Positions 34,498-36,145 of a stretch of 36,145 nucleotides of DNA are shown here, one piece after another. A program made the translations under genes and the position numbers. How positions within the stretch are numbered: the stretch's first letter is position 1; each line of letters opens with the position of its first letter. Under the pieces are notes generated by a model. That model searched no databases. It was not told the origin of the DNA and was given only the letters and a program-made list of their open reading frames with translations. Source of the DNA: Octopus bimaculoides. Taxonomy: Eukaryota. The DNA lies in NCBI RefSeq assembly GCF_001194135.2, contig NC_068982.1, positions 52,848,336 to 52,884,480 of the forward strand. Direction: 5' to 3'.

Positions 34498-36090
34498 TGG
34501 AAACATTACTACAGACAGTACATGGATTTACTAAAGAAATAAACATGAAATTTGGCTTAGAAAACTGTGCCTAAGCAATCATGAAAAGAGGAAAGCTAGT
34601 TAAGAGTAGCAACATCGCACTAGAGAAAGCAAATAAAATAAGGGAATTAGACCAAAGCCAGACATACAAATATTTAGGAATCAATGAACTAGATACGATA
34701 CAACACACACAAATGAAGGAGAAAATAAGAAAAGAATATTATAGACGAGTTAGATTAATACTGAAAACAGAACTCAATGCTAAAAACAAGATAATAGCTA
34801 TCAACACTCTTGCCGTCCAAGTTATAAGTTACAACTACAATATCCTTAACTGGACTCTAAATGAATTAATCAAAATAGAAAGGAAAACAAGAAAAATAAT
34901 GATAAGATTTAGGATGCACCACCCAAAATTTGACATAGAAAGGTTATATATACAACGTAGAGGACTTATACAGCTAGAAAACTATTACAAACTAACCACC
35001 ATAGGACTGCAAAAATACCTACTTCAGAAACAAGGCACTCTAATAGAAATCGTCACAAAACACGAACAAAACAAAAAAACTGTTTTCAATCTTTAAGGAA
35101 GCTGACAAATACAAAAAAGAAGTCATTGTACCTAATAACTATGAAGAAAAAGAAGAAACAAGAAAAGCTGTAAAACAAATGAAATCCAAACTAAAACTGG
35201 AACAGCAACGGATCATGAAAAAACGATGGCAAGAAAAGCCCCTTCATGGCAAATTCTGGGCTAAACTAAATGCAAAAGAAATAGACAAAGCAAAATTCTA
35301 ACAATGGCTGAGGAGTTCAGGACTCAAGCAGAGACTGAAGGATTTTTAATTGCCACACAAGACCAAAGCCTTCTCACCAGAAATTAAGAAAACCATGTAA
35401 TGAAAAGAAACACAAGTAACCGCAGAAAATGTGGAGATGGACAAGAAACAATAAACCATATTGTCTCTGGCTGCCCAGTCTTGGCTAAGAAGGAATATAT
35501 TCACAGACACGACAGAGTTGAGATTTATATACACTGGAAGCTACGCCAACGCTACAGAATAGCAGCAGAAAAAAGATGGTATAGGCACACGCCAGAAAAG
35601 GTCACAGAAAATGAGAAAGCAATCATACTCTGGGATATGCCAATACACACAGATAGAGAAATTAAGGCCAATAGGCCGGATATAGCTGTCAGAGATCATC
35701 AAGAAAAAAAAAGAAGCTTTCTAATTAATGCATCATTACCAACAGATGACAACGTTTTTCTAAAACAAATAGAGAAGCTTTCAAAATACAAAGACCTGGA
35801 AACAGAGGTAACTCGAATGCTTAGTCTGAAAACAGAAACAATTCCTATCATAGTAGGCGCATTAGGTATGATAAATAAATATTCAGACAAATACATAACA
35901 AAAACACCAAGACTAACAAGTATATATAACATACAGAAAATAGCACTACTAGGCACTGCACACATCCTACGCAAAACACTTTCAATACAGTAACCATAAG
36001 AGCATCACAGCAAACCACAGCACATACCCAAGGCACACAGAGCTGCGCTCGGTAGTGAAGTGAAAGCACGTTATAAAAATAAAACTACTG
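34498..36090 (+). mobile_element. 5'-truncated R4/Dong-clade non-LTR retrotransposon (RT C-terminus, CCHC finger, restriction-like endonuclease, 3' UTR), inactivated
   Basis: INMKFGLENCA (late RT), YKYLGI, HHPK.DIERLY..RRGL, C(G)DGQETINHIVSGC..LAKKEYIHRHD, and RPDIAVRD...FLIN(D to N)...K.IEKLSKY. The 3' end ctactg is followed by (AAT)n at 36091-36114. Stops and frameshifts split the ORF (34581-35096, 35400-35993). Confidence 0.92.
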
Positions 36091-36145
36091 AATAATAATA
36101 ATAATAATAATAATATTCTTTTCTATTAATGGCACAAGGCCTGAA

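Overview
This is AT-rich, microsatellite-dense eukaryotic DNA with four assembly gaps. It is most likely from a coleoid cephalopod (Octopus-like), inferred from the SINE families and repeat style. No host protein-coding gene, rRNA, true tRNA or CRISPR array can be supported. The window is a mosaic of mobile DNA: three tRNA-derived SINE families (called A, B and C here), a 2.9-kb Ty3/Gypsy (Mag-like) LTR element lacking RT and RNase H, several R4/Dong-type non-LTR fragments sitting in (TAA)n arrays, a CR1-type LINE 3' end, a Helitron helicase relic, a hAT MITE, and a GC-rich ORF-bearing element at the left edge. The strongest unexpected signal is at 30.6-31.8 kb. There, an inverted repeat of at least 160 bp carries a type I hammerhead ribozyme fold in each arm, with a palindromic helix III and a compensatory base-pair swap in helix I between the copies. 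This suggests a Penelope-like or retrozyme-type element. The window also contains two apparent SINE/partner-retroelement 3'-tail matches. All alignments and folds were done by eye.
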